A stretch of 63,012 bases of DNA, filler included, from Candidatus Nanoarchaeia archaeon (lineage in GTDB: Archaea > Nanobdellota > Nanobdellia > Woesearchaeales > DATDTY01), in the NCBI GenBank assembly GCA_035290625.1. It is 6 parts of 6 records of this genome, joined end to end, with 100 filler letters (N's around TTAATTAATTAA, not from the genome) between each part and the next. Parts side by side here need not be neighbours in the genome. Positions count along the whole stretch, not along the records: positions 1 to 15,737 come from DATDTY010000002.1; positions 15,838 to 18,048 come from DATDTY010000003.1; positions 18,149 to 22,493 come from DATDTY010000004.1; 3 more parts are not named here. One strand, written 5' to 3'. Shown one piece after another: positions 9,993-18,397 of this stretch; within the stretch, counting starts at the first letter, position 1; each line of letters begins with the position of its first letter. The notes beneath the pieces were generated by a model, which made no database searches, was not told the origin of the DNA, and saw only the letters and a program-made list of their open reading frames with translations. A program made the translations under genes and the position numbers.

Positions 9993-11157
9993 GGGAAATT
10001 TCTTTGGATGCTTGCTTGCCTTTAACCACATTCTCTGTTATCGCATCAACCATCTGCTGGGCAACCGTTCGGTAGTGGAAATTATGGAGGGCATGGTCAG
10101 CAGCAGCCTTGCCCATTGATACTGCTAACGCATCGTCAGAGAGCAGCTTGGCTAAGCATGCCGAAAGCTGGCCAATATCTGCCCGGTATGCAAACGTCTT
10201 CGGAACAGGAAATTCGATCTGCATCTTCTTCTTGAATCCCATATGCTTGTAGACCCATTCCCTGTCGAGCTTCACCTCATGGGCAACGTCAACCAAAAAT
10301 CCTGTCTTCCCATGCACAATCGTGTCCCGTGGGCCGCCGACATTGATCGAGACCACAGGCTTCCCGCATGCCTGCGCCTCAAGCTGGATCATCCCAAACC
10401 CCTCAAGCCGTGAAGGCGCAGCATAGATATCGCACGCATTAAGGAGCTGGCTGATAAATCCAGGAGAAAATTTTCCCTTGAGGTATCTTACCTTCTTTGT
10501 GAGGCCAAGCTTCTTGAGCAGCGCCTTCTCCTCCGCTCCATGATCCCAGGCCGAAAAGCTGTCCCAAACCTTGCACACATACTTCCATTTTGGATGCTCT
10601 TCGTTTATATTGGCTAATGCCTGGAAAATCTCCTGCGCGCCTTTGCTGGTAACATCTCCCCCGATTGTCAGGATCATCTTCTCATCCTTCTTGATGCCCA
10701 GCATCTTCCGCACTTCAAGCCTTCCCGGATCAGACTCTGGCAGAGGCCTGAACACATTCGGATCAAAACCTATAGGCACGACCTTGATGCGGTCGCCGGC
10801 CACGCCATCCCGTATATACGTAGAGCGCACCCAATTGCTTGTCGCAACAATCAGCGGAAGCTGGTTGAGCGTATCCTGGTAATTCGCCACCCACCCGTCT
10901 GCATTAAACCAGGGCACAGGAACAATCTTAGACTTAAGGGGATCCAGGACAACCCTTGGCGTGTCGCCCCAAAACCCTACACCGATGCATACATCAGGCC
11001 TGAAAAACCTGTACGTCCAGCGCTTCTGCATGTTGTCCTGGGGATCGCACTGCATCACCTGATGGCCGAGTTCGCGAAGGCCCTGCACAAGGTAATGGCC
11101 CTGCAGGCTCTGCCCGTCAGGCTCAGGAGGGTAGGGATAGAGAACGAGGATTTTCAT
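9967..11157 (-). CDS. Glycosyltransferase family 4
   Basis: PSRLEGFGMIQLEAQACGKPVV. Confidence 0.92.
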   Translation of the reverse strand: MKILVLYPYPPEPDGQSLQGHYLVQGLRELGHQVMQCDPQDNMQKRWTYRFFRPDVCIGVGFWGDTPRVVLDPLKSKIVPVPWFNADGWVANYQDTLNQLPLIVATSNWVRSTYIRDGVAGDRIKVVPIGFDPNVFRPLPESDPGRLEVRKMLGIKKDEKMILTIGGDVTSKGAQEIFQALANINEEHPKWKYVCKVWDSFSAWDHGAEEKALLKKLGLTKKVRYLKGKFSPGFISQLLNACDIYAAPSRLEGFGMIQLEAQACGKPVVSINVGGPRDTIVHGKTGFLVDVAHEVKLDREWVYKHMGFKKKMQIEFPVPKTFAYRADIGQLSACLAKLLSDDALAVSMGKAAADHALHNFHYRTVAQQMVDAITENVVKGKQASKEISLISDFSPL

Positions 11158-11159
11158 GG

Positions 11160-11747
11160 TCAGCTCACAAACGTCTCCACCCTGCTGCAGCTCATTGCCT
11201 CAAAGCTGCCAGGATCAAATCCATAAATCTCAGTCACAACCTTCACCTTTTCGGAGAACTCGGCCTGGGTAAGCTCTGTCCGAAGCGAGCCTTGGCCTGG
11301 AATAGGCAGATACGAGCCAGGATTCTTGGCAGCTTTCTCCTTGCCAAGAACATAGGAAAAGTAGTATATCTTCGAGCAGGTCAGCAGCTTGTCCTCAACA
11401 AGAGACTTGACTGCGGTATGGGCCTCCCGATGCCTGATGTGGCCGTATTCCCCATTTGCTCCATGCGTGAATATATAATCATACGTTATCTCTTGCAAAG
11501 CTTCTGTTATCGCTGACTTGACATCTTCAATCTTGATCGGATGAAGGGCAGTGTCCTCTAGATCAGAGATAAGTGAATGCGCACGATACCTCTCACACAC
11601 CTTCCTAAATTTAGGAAACCTGTCGGAATCACTCTTCCTGCAGAGAGAAAGGATCGTCCATTCCCATTTCCTATTCCTCAAGATTGTCCCACCCATCCAA
11701 ATCGTCTCGTCATCTGGATGCGCCACAACAACAAGCGCCTTTGTCAT
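11160..11747 (-). CDS. PIG-L/LmbE-family N-acetylglucosaminyl deacetylase
   Basis: AHPDDE and GEYGHIRH motifs. Confidence 0.9.
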   Translation of the reverse strand: MTKALVVVAHPDDETIWMGGTILRNRKWEWTILSLCRKSDSDRFPKFRKVCERYRAHSLISDLEDTALHPIKIEDVKSAITEALQEITYDYIFTHGANGEYGHIRHREAHTAVKSLVEDKLLTCSKIYYFSYVLGKEKAAKNPGSYLPIPGQGSLRTELTQAEFSEKVKVVTEIYGFDPGSFEAMSCSRVETFVS

Positions 11748-11794
11748 ATCACTGCATTTGCTCCAAACATTCTGTTATATAAATGTTGTGCTTG

Positions 11795-11997
11795 GGCGCT
11801 GCTGAAATCTGATGCAGTGCCCATGTGTGAGGTCACTATTCCGGAGAATGAGCATCGACAAGGGGGTCGTCCCATCGGAGGATATGTCGATATATTCTTA
11901 AACGAACTGAGACCGAGCTGCTCCGAAGGAGCGACCAAAAATACAAAGCATTTTTGAGTACCGGCACTGCCGCGAAGCGAAGGATTTCAGCAGAGCC
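11795..11997 (+). mobile_element. Structured hairpin MITE-like element, copy E4
   Basis: GGCGCTGCTGAAATC/GATTTCAGCAGAGCC; GCAGTGCC/GGCACTGC; core ATCGACAAGGGGGTCGTCCCATCGGAGGATATGTCGAT; 5-bp DR GCTTG. Confidence 0.82.
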
Positions 11998-12040
11998 GCT
12001 TGCGAATCCAGAGAAAGACATCCTTCGCCGCAGCCAGCGG

Positions 12041-12694
12041 TCAATCCTTCCCGTCCCATTCGTTGGAGAATCTAGTTAAGAACTGTTCCATGAACTTGTG
12101 TCTCTCTCCCGCAATTCTTTTCGCAGTTTCTGTATTCATCAAATCTCTGAGAAGAAGCAATTTTTCATAGAAATGGTTAATCGTTGGTCCTTTGCTATTC
12201 TTGTATTTTTCAAAAGAATCACGCACTTCAGGTTTAATATGGGGGTTGTAAATTTCTCGTCCCATATGCCCACCATACGCGAAGGTTCTGGCTATCCCAA
12301 TCGCACCAATAGCATCTAATCTATCTGCATCTTGCACAACCATTCCTTCTGTGGTGTGCATTTGTGTTCTAACTCCCGCACCTTTGAAAGACATCCCCTT
12401 TATAATCTCGCAAACATGAGAGATATTCTTTTCTTCAACTTGTAATTTTTGAAGCCATTCCCTTGCTAATCTTGGGCCAACATCATCATTTCCATCATTG
12501 AATTTCCAATCAGAAATGTCATGAAGTAATGCAGCAAGTTGAACTACAAATAAGTCTACTTTCTCATGTTCGCCGATATGAATAGCATTTTTCCAAACAC
12601 GATAAACATGCCACCAGTCATGGCCAGAACCTTCGCCAGATAGCTTATTTTTTATATATTCCTCAGTTTGTTTCAAAATTGCCTCTTTGTCCAT
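12041..12694 (-). CDS. HD-domain phosphohydrolase (YedJ/YpgQ-like)
   Basis: GHDWWHVYRV, ALLHDI, VQDADRLDAIGAIG, HFYEKLL. Confidence 0.92.
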   Translation of the reverse strand: MDKEAILKQTEEYIKNKLSGEGSGHDWWHVYRVWKNAIHIGEHEKVDLFVVQLAALLHDISDWKFNDGNDDVGPRLAREWLQKLQVEEKNISHVCEIIKGMSFKGAGVRTQMHTTEGMVVQDADRLDAIGAIGIARTFAYGGHMGREIYNPHIKPEVRDSFEKYKNSKGPTINHFYEKLLLLRDLMNTETAKRIAGERHKFMEQFLTRFSNEWDGKD

Positions 12695-12740
12695 ACTCAA
12701 GGATTGAACCTTGCAGAATTTAAAAAGATTTCTAAAGGCA

Positions 12741-12905
12741 GGAGGCGTTGAAAAGATATGCAGCGCCTTCCTGTGAGCCATAGTCATCAGGAGAATGCGC
12801 AGCGACAAGGGAGTTGCCCCCTTCGGGGAATGTCGCTTTTCTGACCGAATAGCTCATGGCGAACTTGGCGCTGCCGAGCGGAGCGAGCAACTTTTCAATG
12901 CCACC
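12741..12905 (+). mobile_element. Structured hairpin MITE-like element, copy E5
   Basis: GGAGGCGTTGAAAAG/CTTTTCAATGCCACC; GCAGCGCC/GGCGCTGC; core GCGACAAGGGAGTTGCCCCCTTCGGGGAATGTCGC; TSD TAAAGGCA (12733-12740/12906-12913). Confidence 0.88.
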
Positions 12906-12941
12906 TAAAGGCAGGAGGCGGCATGCGCAAAACAACTTGCC

Positions 12942-13751
12942 CTACTTGGTCACCAGCTGCGCCGCCCCGATGATTGCTGCATGCCTTTTCTTCGATACAG
13001 AAATCCGAAGATGCCTGAATAATCGTGGAGAGATCTGGCGCTTCAGGGACGCCTGCATAGATTTCCTGAAATACTTGTACGAGTTCGCAACCGAGCCGCC
13101 AAGGACGATCGAATCAGGATCAAGGCTGTGCACGATAATGCTCAGCGCTTCGCCCAGATGCTTTCCGTATTCCATGAAGGTTTGCCTCGCAGCCCTCTGG
13201 CCCTTTCCCGCCTTGGCAGCCAGAGACTCGCCATCATCCCCTCTCCTGAGAAAAAATTTGCCAGAACAGTAATCCTCCACAGTTCCCTTGTGCAATGGAA
13301 TCCTGCCGAACTCACCCGCGCCGCAGTGGCTGCCTGAGAGAAGCTTCCCATCAACAACAATCCCTGCGCCAACTCCTGTCCCAAGGATCAAGCCCACCAC
13401 GATGCCTTTCCGTATGCCCTGTCCAAGGGCAAAGCAGTTTGCGTCGTTGTTCAGCGCTACAGGCACCCCATACCTGGCCTTGAGGGTTCTCTCAAGGTCG
13501 ATATTCTGAAAAGCCGGGATGTTCCCCGCATCGAACACAACGCCGTTCTTCACATAGGCAGGAACTCCCATCCCGATCCCAGAGATCGAATGATCAAACA
13601 TTCCGTCAATGGCATCCAGGATTTGCCTAACGATCTTCTGCCTGCCTGCCTTATTGTCGAGAAGATGCGTTTCGGCACGCACAACCCTGCCTTTCCTGAC
13701 AAGCCCGGCACGCACGTGGCCGCCTCCCAAATCGATTCCTAAGATTCCCAT
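12942..13751 (-). CDS. ROK-family sugar kinase
   Basis: GIDLGG, NNDANC, GTGVGAG, AGEFG. Confidence 0.93.
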   Translation of the reverse strand: MGILGIDLGGGHVRAGLVRKGRVVRAETHLLDNKAGRQKIVRQILDAIDGMFDHSISGIGMGVPAYVKNGVVFDAGNIPAFQNIDLERTLKARYGVPVALNNDANCFALGQGIRKGIVVGLILGTGVGAGIVVDGKLLSGSHCGAGEFGRIPLHKGTVEDYCSGKFFLRRGDDGESLAAKAGKGQRAARQTFMEYGKHLGEALSIIVHSLDPDSIVLGGSVANSYKYFRKSMQASLKRQISPRLFRHLRISVSKKRHAAIIGAAQLVTK

Positions 13752-13817
13752 GCTTAGCTCCGGGTCAGCCAGCTATATAAATTATTCGGAGAGCTCAGAG
13801 GAATTCAGGATTCGTGC

Positions 13818-13983
13818 GTGTGCGGTGAAAATCATTGCTGCCGCCCTTTGTGAGCAACAGGGCAAGAACAATAACATCGACCTCGGGGGGAGGTCCCTTA
13901 CGGGGCGAATGTCGATTTGTAGAAGAATTTTTCAGTCATTGCGAACTCGGCGGCAGCTGCGAAGCAAGATTTTCACCGGAGAT
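13818..13983 (+). mobile_element. Structured hairpin MITE-like element, copy E6
   Basis: CGGTGAAAATC/GATTTTCACCG; GCTGCCGCC/GGCGGCAGC; core ATCGAC..GGGGGAGGTCCCTTACGGGG..GTCGAT; TSD GATTCGTGC (13809-13817/13984-13992). Confidence 0.88.
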
Positions 13984-14030
13984 GATTCGTGCGTAATCTA
14001 TTTAAACGCTCTCATCTTGCTCACGGCAGC

Positions 14031-14483
14031 ATGGCCGATTGTATATTTTGTAAAATTATCAAAGGAGAGATCGATTCAGCGAAGATTTGGGAAGATGAAA
14101 ACTTTCTGGCAATCCTCGATATCATGCCCAACACAAAAGGAATGGCATTAGTCTTGACTAAAAAACATTTTGATTCTTACGCTTTTGATATGCCGGAAGA
14201 GGAATATGGAAAATTCATGTCTGCATCAAGGAAAGTTGCTGGAATCCTCGAGAAGGGCTTAGATGTAACGCGGGTTGCCATGGTGATGGAGGGGATGGGG
14301 GTGAACCATGCTCACACGAAGTTATATCCTCTGCACGGAGTTAAAGCAAAGTTTAAGGAAATATGGGCGCAAGATAAGATATTCTTTGATGCATACGAGG
14401 GGTACATCAGCACGCAAACGGGTGAAAAAGCAGACATGAACGAATTGAAAAAATTAGCAGAGGCGATTAAGCAGAATCAATAG
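14031..14483 (+). CDS. HIT-family hydrolase
   Basis: DCIFCKII start; degenerate triad HAHTKLYP. Confidence 0.88.
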   Translation: MADCIFCKIIKGEIDSAKIWEDENFLAILDIMPNTKGMALVLTKKHFDSYAFDMPEEEYGKFMSASRKVAGILEKGLDVTRVAMVMEGMGVNHAHTKLYPLHGVKAKFKEIWAQDKIFFDAYEGYISTQTGEKADMNELKKLAEAIKQNQ

Positions 14484-14540
14484 CCTGAATTGAGCGTGCT
14501 TCTTTGGTATACAGGATCTCAACTCCACCAAAGACAACCA

Positions 14541-15272
14541 TCAACGCAGCAGCCTTGCTGCCTCTTTATCCGCAATCCAGGTGCAGTTTGAATGCTCTCG
14601 AAGAATCGTCGCAGGTATTTTCTCAGAAACTGGGCTGAAGAGGACCTTCCTCAGAATCCCCGCCTTTCTTTTTCCGGAAACAATAACGATAACCTCTCTT
14701 GCAAGCATTCCGGTGCCAAGTCCTGTGGTAACTGCAAAGGCCGGAGTTTCTATTCCTGTAAGCTGTTGATTCACCTCCTTTGTACCTTTATTGATCCTGA
14801 CCAGCCTTGTCCTGCTTCTGAATGAGGAGCCGGGAAAGTTGAATCCAAATGTGTGGCAGTCCTCTCCGATTGCATCAAGGCAGAGGTCTATGCCCCCCTG
14901 CTTCCTGATCAAGGCATCATAAGTTCCAGGATGCCGGATATTCCTCACAGCAGGGAAATAGCTTTTTGCTTTAACTTGCCTGAAGAGCCGATCATGCATA
15001 TAGTTACGGTAGCTTGCGGGATGCTTCCTCGAGATCAGCCTTTTCCCTTTGCAATATTCATCCATATTCCAGAATGTCGCTTGACTGAAGAGATTTCTGT
15101 GTTTTCTCAGGATTGCGTAGACACCCTCAGGAGTTGTTCCTGTAGGAACCAGGATACTGAGCGCCGGATTGCGCTTAACGGCTTTAAGAATCCTTGCAGC
15201 AGCAAGCCTGCTCATCTCATTGTAATCTTTTGCTATCACAATCCTGGCTCCATTGATCATGCGCGCCTGCAT
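14541..15272 (-). CDS. nagB: Glucosamine-6-phosphate deaminase
   Basis: PTGTTP, NMDEY, GGIDL, GFNFPGS, IPATILREH. Confidence 0.88.
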   Translation of the reverse strand: MQARMINGARIVIAKDYNEMSRLAAARILKAVKRNPALSILVPTGTTPEGVYAILRKHRNLFSQATFWNMDEYCKGKRLISRKHPASYRNYMHDRLFRQVKAKSYFPAVRNIRHPGTYDALIRKQGGIDLCLDAIGEDCHTFGFNFPGSSFRSRTRLVRINKGTKEVNQQLTGIETPAFAVTTGLGTGMLAREVIVIVSGKRKAGILRKVLFSPVSEKIPATILREHSNCTWIADKEAARLLR

Positions 15273-15316
15273 ATCTTACCTCTCGTATCGCAGGTTTAAA
15301 AATGTGGCGGTCATAA

Positions 15317-15518
15317 GGCTGCGGTGAAACTCAATGCTGCCGCCTCTTTGCGAGGCTCTTGAGGATTGCCATAGACTGAGTTGAGGGGGTTGGCCCCTTC
15401 GGGGCTTCAACGGTGCCTACAGAAGGACGGCGCAAGCCGAGCCGGGCGGCAGCCGGTGGCTTGTGAGCGAGTGAGAACGAGCTCACTCGCAAGCCACTGC
15501 GATATTTTCACCGCAGCC
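15317..15518 (+). mobile_element. Structured hairpin MITE-like element, copy E7
   Basis: 13-bp IR GGCTGCGGTGAAA/TTTCACCGCAGCC; GCTGCCGCC/GGCGGCAGC; core GTTGAGGGGGTTGGCCCCTTCGGGGCTTCAAC; TSD GGTCATAA (15309-15316/15519-15526). Confidence 0.88.
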
Positions 15519-15599
15519 GGTCATAATCCTTCACACGGTTGGAGCATTTTGGAAAATGGCCGCAGCCTGCCTTGCCTTAGTCCTCCCCGGAATCAAAAC

Positions 15600-15737
15600 T
15601 GTGCTATCCTGAAAGTATTTCCCTTCGATAGCTTAATTCGTTTCATGTTTATTAAGCCTCCTTTTTCATCTTCCTGACAAATGCCTGCTCTGGAGTTTCC
15701 AGAATCTCGAAGCGTAAGCTTCGATGCGGTCTTACCT
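15600..15737 (-). mobile_element. IS481-like insertion sequence, right end with transposase C-terminus (cut by contig end)
   Basis: Starts TGT; minus frame VRPHRSLRFEILETPEQAFVRKMKKEA* (RPHxSL..TP integrase-core tail, stop 15652-15654); identical copy at 57115-57252. Confidence 0.75.
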
Positions 15738-15837
15738 NNNNNNNNNNNNNNNNNNNNNNNNNNNNNNNNNNNNNNNNNNNNTTAATTAATTAANNNNNNN
15801 NNNNNNNNNNNNNNNNNNNNNNNNNNNNNNNNNNNNN
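15738..15837. other. Artificial contig linker
   Basis: N run with TTAATTAATTAA; the same linker occurs at 18049-18148, 22494-22593, 32341-32440 and 57254-57353. Confidence 0.99.
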
Positions 15838-15915
15838 ATCCAAAGTCTGATATGCTCTTTCTTGAAGTCGAACCGGAACAGAGACCAGCATTTGCTCTAA
15901 GACTTGTGTTGACAT
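15838..15915 (-). CDS. N-terminus of a hypothetical protein (partial)
   Basis: MSTQVLEQMLVSVPVRLQEKSISDFG running into the gap; GGAGG upstream. Confidence 0.4.
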
Positions 15916-16247
15916 GTTGGTTTGCCCTCCTTTTGGTTTTAACTTAACCCAATTAACCCCCCTTTAGCAGAGTAAGGGAGCATATAATAAATAATTTATC
16001 CTAATAGTTTATATAGAGTATATAATCATAACCAATCAATTCCTGATCAACGGAGAATCAAGCGAAATTAATAAAGGATTGCTTTTAATGGAATAATGAA
16101 ATCAGAAAATAACTGCGTAAAGGCGTGGTCCATATCTCAGACGCATTCTCAAAAAGATAGATTGACAAGCTAACACTTCTCTGAATCATACGTGAATTTG
16201 AGCAAAAGAGCCCTGAAGTTGGGATAGTGTCCCTAAATGCATTAGCC

Positions 16248-16286
16248 AGGACAAGCAGTGTTGAGGGTTGGGGGATGTATAGGTAG
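16248..16286 (+). repeat. Short remnant of the dockerin-like 3'-end repeat (copy A)
   Basis: AGGACAAGCAGTGTTGAGG..TGGG..TATAGGTAG matches 17223-17261. Confidence 0.75.
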
Positions 16287-16318
16287 ATTTAAATATTTCT
16301 GAAGTTTTTAAGGAGAGT

Positions 16319-16681
16319 ATGAAGGAAGAAATAAAGAGATGGATCGACAGGGCAGAAGCTGATATAAGAACAGCTAACAACAGTTTCAAAAGCGGCGATT
16401 ATTATGCTTCAGCTTTCTGGTGCCAGCAGGTTGCTGAAAAGGCGTTTAAGGCATTGCTTATCAAAAGAACAAAGGAATTTCCTAAAATCCATGATTTGAC
16501 CAGGTTAGCTAAACTAAGCAATGCGCCTGCAAGGATTATAGAAGTATGCGCAAAATTAAATCCATCCTACACCGCTTCCCGCTATCCAGACTCTCCAGAA
16601 AGCTATACACAGAAAGAGGCCGAGCAGATGATAGATTACTGTCAAGAGGTATTAAAGTGGATACAAGAAAATCTAAACTGA
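16319..16681 (+). CDS. HEPN-domain protein (HEPN-MNT TA)
   Basis: FWCQQVAEKAFKA, KIHDLTRL, YTASRYPD. Confidence 0.92.
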   Translation: MKEEIKRWIDRAEADIRTANNSFKSGDYYASAFWCQQVAEKAFKALLIKRTKEFPKIHDLTRLAKLSNAPARIIEVCAKLNPSYTASRYPDSPESYTQKEAEQMIDYCQEVLKWIQENLN

Positions 16682-16965
16682 TAAGGGAGCTTAAAGAATT
16701 CAAGAAAGAGAATAAGATTGAGAAGATGTATCTATTTGGTTCAAGAGCAAAAGGAAAGCCTCATAAATGGAGTGATGTAGATTTGATTGTGGTCTCAAAA
16801 AGATTTAGAAAGAGAGGTATGCTTGAAAGGGCGCCTCCTCTGTATATGAAATGGGATCTTGATTATCCTGTAGATTTTTTGTGCTATACTCCTGAAGAGT
16901 TTAATAAACTTAAGAAACAGATTAGCATAGTAAGAGAGGCTGTAAAGCAGGGAGTTGTAGTGTAG
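16657..16965 (+). CDS. Minimal nucleotidyltransferase (MNT) antitoxin
   Basis: LFGSRAKG..SDVDL; likely GTG start at 16657. Confidence 0.9.
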   Translation: MDTRKSKLIRELKEFKKENKIEKMYLFGSRAKGKPHKWSDVDLIVVSKRFRKRGMLERAPPLYMKWDLDYPVDFLCYTPEEFNKLKKQISIVREAVKQGVVV

Positions 16966-16979
16966 GATATCCCTCTTCC

Positions 16980-17261
16980 CCCTACGACTTCAAAGTCGAC
17001 TGGCTCTTAATCAAAGGCCCTCAAGTAAATCCAGAAGGCTCTGATCGATTAAGCCTCTCTGACCTCAACCTAGATGCAGAAGTGGACAGCATTGATGCTC
17101 ATTTGTTCGCAGACAAGTTTGCTAGAGGAGAGGCCAACCAGAGCGACCTTCTTGTATTTATCGAAGAGTTCCAGAGAAGGAATCCTGAAGACCAAGCAAC
17201 ATTGGCAGTTCTCCAAGCATTGAGGACAAGCAGTGTTGAGGATTGGGAAGGGTATAGGTAG
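16980..17261 (+). repeat. Start-less 93-codon gene 3'-end fragment with dockerin/EF-hand-like motif (copy B)
   Basis: PYDFKVDW...DLNLDAEVDSIDAHLF...WEGYR*; direct repeat of 17852-18048. Confidence 0.85.
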
Positions 17262-17367
17262 CAACGGATAGTTTATCTTCCCAAAGTGATTGAAAACTGC
17301 ATCAATCGTTGAGGAGCTTCTGATAAAAGGAAATGTATTTAAAGATAGGTATACTTGAGATACCCAG

Positions 17368-17640
17368 ATGATTGAGTATTCAAAGCATTTAGAATTGAGG
17401 TTAAAGATAAGGAAGATACCCAAAGATTACCCGAACAAGATTTACAAAAACCCTGACCAACGGTTTTTTGATAATGTGGAAGGAAGGGAGATAGCCATTA
17501 AGAAGCTTTATTACAATAAGAAGGTGAGGAATATGATGATAGCTTACGAGGAACAAGATAATAAGATCATTACAATACATCCCCTAACAGATGAAAAGAT
17601 AATCAATAGGGTGTTGAGTGGGAGGTGGACAAGAAAATGA
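17368..17640 (+). CDS. Putative RelE/DUF4258-like toxin
   Basis: YSKHLELRLKIRKI start, IITIHP tail; overlaps a DUF2283 partner. Confidence 0.7.
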   Translation: MIEYSKHLELRLKIRKIPKDYPNKIYKNPDQRFFDNVEGREIAIKKLYYNKKVRNMMIAYEEQDNKIITIHPLTDEKIINRVLSGRWTRK

Positions 17641-17834
17641 ATAAGAAGTATAATTATGATAAGGAATCTGACTCGCTTTTTATCTACTTAAAAGAAGGAG
17701 AAGAGGAAAGCTTTGAAGAGATTGCTCCCGGCATAAACATAGAGCTAAATAAAAGAGACGAGATCATAGGGATAGAGATACTTGAAGCCTCACGCTTCAT
17801 TCAAAGACTAAAACCAGTTGCAATAAAACAATAG
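17637..17834 (+). CDS. DUF2283-family protein (putative antitoxin)
   Basis: YDKESDSLFIYL...IIGIEILEAS. Confidence 0.85.
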   Translation: MNKKYNYDKESDSLFIYLKEGEEESFEEIAPGINIELNKRDEIIGIEILEASRFIQRLKPVAIKQ

Positions 17835-17851
17835 GATTTTGATAATCGACC

Positions 17852-18048
17852 CCCTACGACTTCAAAGTCGACTGGCTCTTAATCAAAGGCCCTCAGGTCA
17901 ATCCAGAAGGCTCAGACTTGCTAAGCCTCTCTGACCTCAACCTAGATGCAGAGGTGGACAGCATTGATGCTCATCTCTTCGCAGACAAGGTTGCAAGAGG
18001 CGAGGCCAACCAGAGCGACCTTCTTGTTTTCATTGAAGAGTTCCAGAG
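17852..18048 (+). repeat. Dockerin-like 3'-end repeat (copy C, cut by gap)
   Basis: Near-identical to 16980-17176; differences mostly synonymous. Confidence 0.85.
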
Positions 18049-18148
18049 NNNNNNNNNNNNNNNNNNNNNNNNNNNNNNNNNNNNNNNNNNNNTTAATTAA
18101 TTAANNNNNNNNNNNNNNNNNNNNNNNNNNNNNNNNNNNNNNNNNNNN

Positions 18149-18309
18149 TGCGTGAGGCATCTTCCTGGGGAAAGGTGGACACCAGCTACGAGCAGATGGT
18201 CTATGCTGAGGCTACTTCTGTCCTACCTCTCATCATCAGCGCATGTTACCATAAAGGGCTGTGGAAGAAAAGGAAGAGAAGGGAGTGGCTGGGGATTTTT
18301 GGAGCATAG
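18149..18309 (+). CDS. Deoxyhypusine synthase-family protein, C-terminal fragment
   Basis: REASSWGKVD...EQMVYAEATSVLPL (EAxSWGK active-site Lys motif). Confidence 0.8.
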
Positions 18310-18397
18310 GCCAACATTCATAGGTCAACCTTCGGGTTATGAATCCTGTTTGGGTCTGAATAGTGTTTGATTCTGAATAGTGCTGCAGAAGGACGAG

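Noticed and set aside
12800..12840. Element core as SRP helix 8 or group II intron domain V
   Set aside because: Only superficial similarity; the SRP CAGG/AGCA loop and a conserved domain V helix are absent.
11795..12905. E4-HD gene-E5 as a composite transposon
   Set aside because: Each element has its own different flanking duplication, indicating independent insertions.
8690..15518. Hairpin elements as integron attC sites flanking gene cassettes
   Set aside because: No RYYYAAC/GTTRRRY ends, mixed orientations, genes have their own promoters, elements have individual TSDs, and no integrase is present.
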